NCBI GenBank assembly: GCA_010093745.1
Contig: MU005973.1
Span: 1-64,000, forward strand
Direction of reading: 5' to 3'
Length of the DNA: 64,000 nt
DNA from: Piedraia hortae CBS 480.64
Taxonomy: Eukaryota
The notes below the pieces were generated by a model. That model ran no database searches, had not been told where the DNA came from, and saw only the letters and a program-made list of their open reading frames with translations. Every line of letters starts with the position of its first letter. Positions within the stretch are counted from its first letter, which is position 1. Positions 60,816 through 64,000 of the stretch are shown in pieces. The position numbers were made by a program, and so were the translations under genes.

Positions 60816-62112
60816 ATGGAACCGCGAAGAAGGATGCTACCAGGTTCACAGCAGCGGGATCCACCACAGACGAAAAGATGGAAGAGGCTGCGTTTTCCAG
60901 CTGAGATCATGTTGAAGATTGAGGGATATCTCGTCGATGACGAAGGCAAAGATTCACTGCTTAGTCTTCCCCAGGTGTGCCGAGACTGATACGGGCCAGG
61001 AATCGAGGTTCTATGGCGAGACATCGAGAGCAAGCGGTTAGAGGCTGTTCCCGCAAATGATCACCAAGTCTTTGCAAATCTTGTGCATACGTTGCATCTG
61101 ACGCCCAACAGCAACTGGTTGTGGAGCATGAGAACACGCAATCTCCCTCGCTTGAAATCACTGTACGTTTATTGCCGCTGGCAAGATGCTGGTGACGTTT
61201 TTCAGGACGTTAGGGGCGTGACCGATGAAGATTTTGCGAGCATCCCCAGCCGCCTGCCTGAGATTTATTTGATTGAGCATCCAGGCGAACTTTCTGTGGT
61301 AACAAGACTTCTCGCACGGTTCCCCGATCTGAGATACGTGCTAGTGTGTTGTCCGGTTAGTGGCCTGGCAATGATTAATACCTTGGAGCAACTCGTTCGC
61401 AGGGACACCCTGTGGCGATTGGTTGTAACCGATGATACGCACTATACGCTCTTTGCGCGTCTCGTTCCTGCAAACAACCCAGCCTCAGTGGTGGAAGTCT
61501 GCAAAATCCACAGCAATATTGCAGTTCTCAACTTCACACCCCGACATCGCTGCGGGATTTTTCTGAGGCAGTCTCGACACTGCAGAGACTGCAGGTCTTG
61601 GATCTCTTGATCATTAGCACTGGATTCCATCCGCCGGCAATCAACGATTTCTCCCTCAAACGCCTCGCACAACTTAGAGCCATGCACCAAATGATCTTCC
61701 GAGACGGTACGGGTGTGCCTGGCCTCAGCGTATCCTCGGCAAGCAAAAAAACTGTAGGCACCTGTTTCGCTCCCTGTGCGAGCTGCAGATATTCTCTATG
61801 CGCTTTGGAGGCGTTGTGGATGTCGAAGCTATCAAAGCTCTGGGATATTATTGCCCTTGCCTGCAATGCTGCCATGTGTTAGACACTCTAGACTTTATGC
61901 CGTTGCGAACCGAATCGCGACTCATCTTTCCCAGGCTTGAGAAACTTGTTCTAAATGGCATAACCTTCGCCGGGATGGCGGAGGCGGAAATTCCCGACGA
62001 AGTAGTGCAGATTTTGGATGTCGTTGCTCCCCCTCTCCGAACTCTGATGCTTTCCAACACCGACTCGGTTTCTGTATTGATTATGCACTCCCTCTTTGCT
62101 AAAGTTGACTGA
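60816..62112 (+). pseudogene. Decayed F-box / leucine-rich repeat protein
   Basis: Manual translation FPAEIMLKIEGYL..SLLSLPQVCRD*YGPGIEVLWRDI is an F-box with TGA at 60987 in the usual Trp position; LRR-like LPRLKSLYV, FPDLRYVLV and FPRLEKLVL lie across three frames. Confidence 0.7.
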
Positions 62113-63729
62113 TGAGCGGGATGTAGCGTCGGTTGCTGCAACCATGCGGTTCTTGGGTGCGGTAGTACTTCCATACTGGTCCAGTGCTTTTAGGTATTCA
62201 TGGTAGGATTTAGACTTGTACGATGAACTTAATTTGATGCTTTACCTCGATACAATTTTTGGTTATTCGAGATCGAATTTTGCGATTCATATCTAGATAC
62301 TCCCTAGTAGTCTTACTCACTTCATGCACACTTTTGATCCAAAGTCTAGATTACTCACTTTTACAGGTTTGATTCAAGACCGTAAACGCGAAAGGTGCCG
62401 CAGGAAGCCATTTATCATAGCTATAAGTTGGGTATTCCATGGCACATGCTTTAAAGTGTCCTATGATACTCTTTTAATTGCGCAAAGTCCCGTTTGCGGC
62501 GGGAATATCTTGAATTATTTCAAGATTTATTCTCGCAAGTATAACGAACGTGCACCTCTAGCTCATAGATTTAAGGCATCAAGCTCTAATTGGTTTGATC
62601 TCGAAAATATCTCCTTTCGAACGCATTTTGTTGAAGGCGTGCACAAGATTTAGTTGTTATTCTGTCTATCCAAGCCTGATGGGCCGGATTCGTGACTTTA
62701 ACTTTGCATAAACAATACACAACAACTTCATATCGTGCATGCCTGGAACAAGGTGCACTGCATGATAGCCAAATATTCCAATCAGGAGAATGAGTGTATT
62801 AAGGCTGCCCCATATCTCGGCACGAGTCGGACCTGGACCTCGTTTGCCAAGACCACATTATGTGACTTGATGCTGTCCCAAGGGAGTTGAAGTAAAAACC
62901 CTCGGAGAGGAAGACTCTGATAGTGGAAGCGAAACCTAGATGAACGACGAGTGTGTGTGTCGAGTCACTCGGCCTTGACAAAAAGGTGCATGTATAATGT
63001 CACTGTAAGATGAGGTGAGGTGAAGTGCCGAACATCACTACATGCTGACCCAGGTCCAGCCGATTTCACAAAGACCATGTCAACGAGCACACATAGAGCA
63101 TTGACGGGACCGTGCCTTGTCCCAGAGAAAACTTCTTCCTCGGAGGTAAACCCCTTGGAAAGCCTTCTAATGAATAAGAAGGTTCTACAGCCAGATCGTC
63201 TCTGCAAACGGCTCAAATCACAGAGGGTTTTCACCTCTAAAGAGAAGTTTCCCCTGTGATGAGGATACGTCACCACACATGAATGCGGTCTAGCCTGTAG
63301 TGCGAGGTTAGCGCCTTGGCAAGAGGCCACGCCTCACTTTAAATTGTCATGAACACCACGTGCTACACACGTCGTTGCTGGTCCCATCTCTCTGACACTA
63401 TCCAAAGTGGCCCAACAAATCCTCTGGGAAGTCCGATTCCCTGCCTACATCAAGCAGGCATCTGACGCGCACTTTGGATGCCGCCGGCAGTCATAAGCAG
63501 CCGTATTCACCTTGTAGTTAAGACAACGAATCATCAACCAATCAAATACTCAATTAATTGGACAGGCAAACAGTCAATAGCCCTCCTTTCATCTCTTGAT
63601 TGTCAATACACCTGTAGTTTACTCTTCATTCCCGCTACATCCATAGCCATAGAGAATGGCGAATGAGCGAAAGCAGCATACAAGACCAAAGCATTCTGCA
63701 AAAAGCGGCCCTGCCGAACATGAACATCA

Positions 63730-64000
63730 ATGCGGAGACAAAAGAGGAAGAAGACGAGTGTGGAGGAGAGCGGTTCGGAGGGGCCGGGGGAGCCTGGCAC
63801 GGATGGGAAGAAGAGGAAGGAAGGGATGAAATCGAAGAGAAAGGAGAATGAAGCAAAGGGCGGGGAAAACGCTAAGAAAGCGGAGAAGACGGGGACAACA
63901 CATGGCAACAACCAACATACCCCGGAGCCATCGTTCCCAGAAAGCGCCTACAAGGATTACGCCACACGCCGACTACAAATCGGGCTGGCTCACGTCAATG
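63730..64000 (+). CDS. Possible Lys/Glu-rich hypothetical protein (partial, runs off window end)
   Basis: ATG 63730 MRRQKRKKTSVEESGSEGPGEPGTDGKKRKEG... is open to the window end; low complexity. Confidence 0.35.
   Translation, partial: MRRQKRKKTSVEESGSEGPGEPGTDGKKRKEGMKSKRKENEAKGGENAKKAEKTGTTHGNNQHTPEPSFPESAYKDYATRRLQIGLAHVN

Overview
Gene-dense, intron-poor window from a filamentous ascomycete (short 42-60 nt GT..CTRAC..YAG introns; Pezizomycotina, Dothideomycete-like by inference). It carries intact housekeeping genes (SLY1, FHL1-like, CCT5, NCE102, SNF1, MBF1, OTU2, GUF1, MAD2, URA4, RPC1, ICL1, SPF27, PKA regulatory subunit, an Mdg1/Crp1-like CBM48 repeat protein), several enzymes and hypothetical genes. 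It also carries four decayed accessory genes: a GT2 glycosyltransferase, a PAN/Apple-like repeat mucin, a carboxylesterase and an F-box/LRR protein. The mucin relic is interrupted by a 245-bp solo-LTR-like insertion with a 5-bp target-site duplication and lies next to a MITE-like hairpin and a strand-biased TTAGC cluster. Other notable signals are an RPC1 with substitutions in normally invariant motifs, repeated C/A-rich to G/T-rich skew flips, a thiol methyltransferase near an ACC-synthase/GliI-like PLP enzyme, and overlapping convergent CDS ends. No rRNA, tRNA or CRISPR array could be supported. All calls come from reading motifs by eye; no database search was run.
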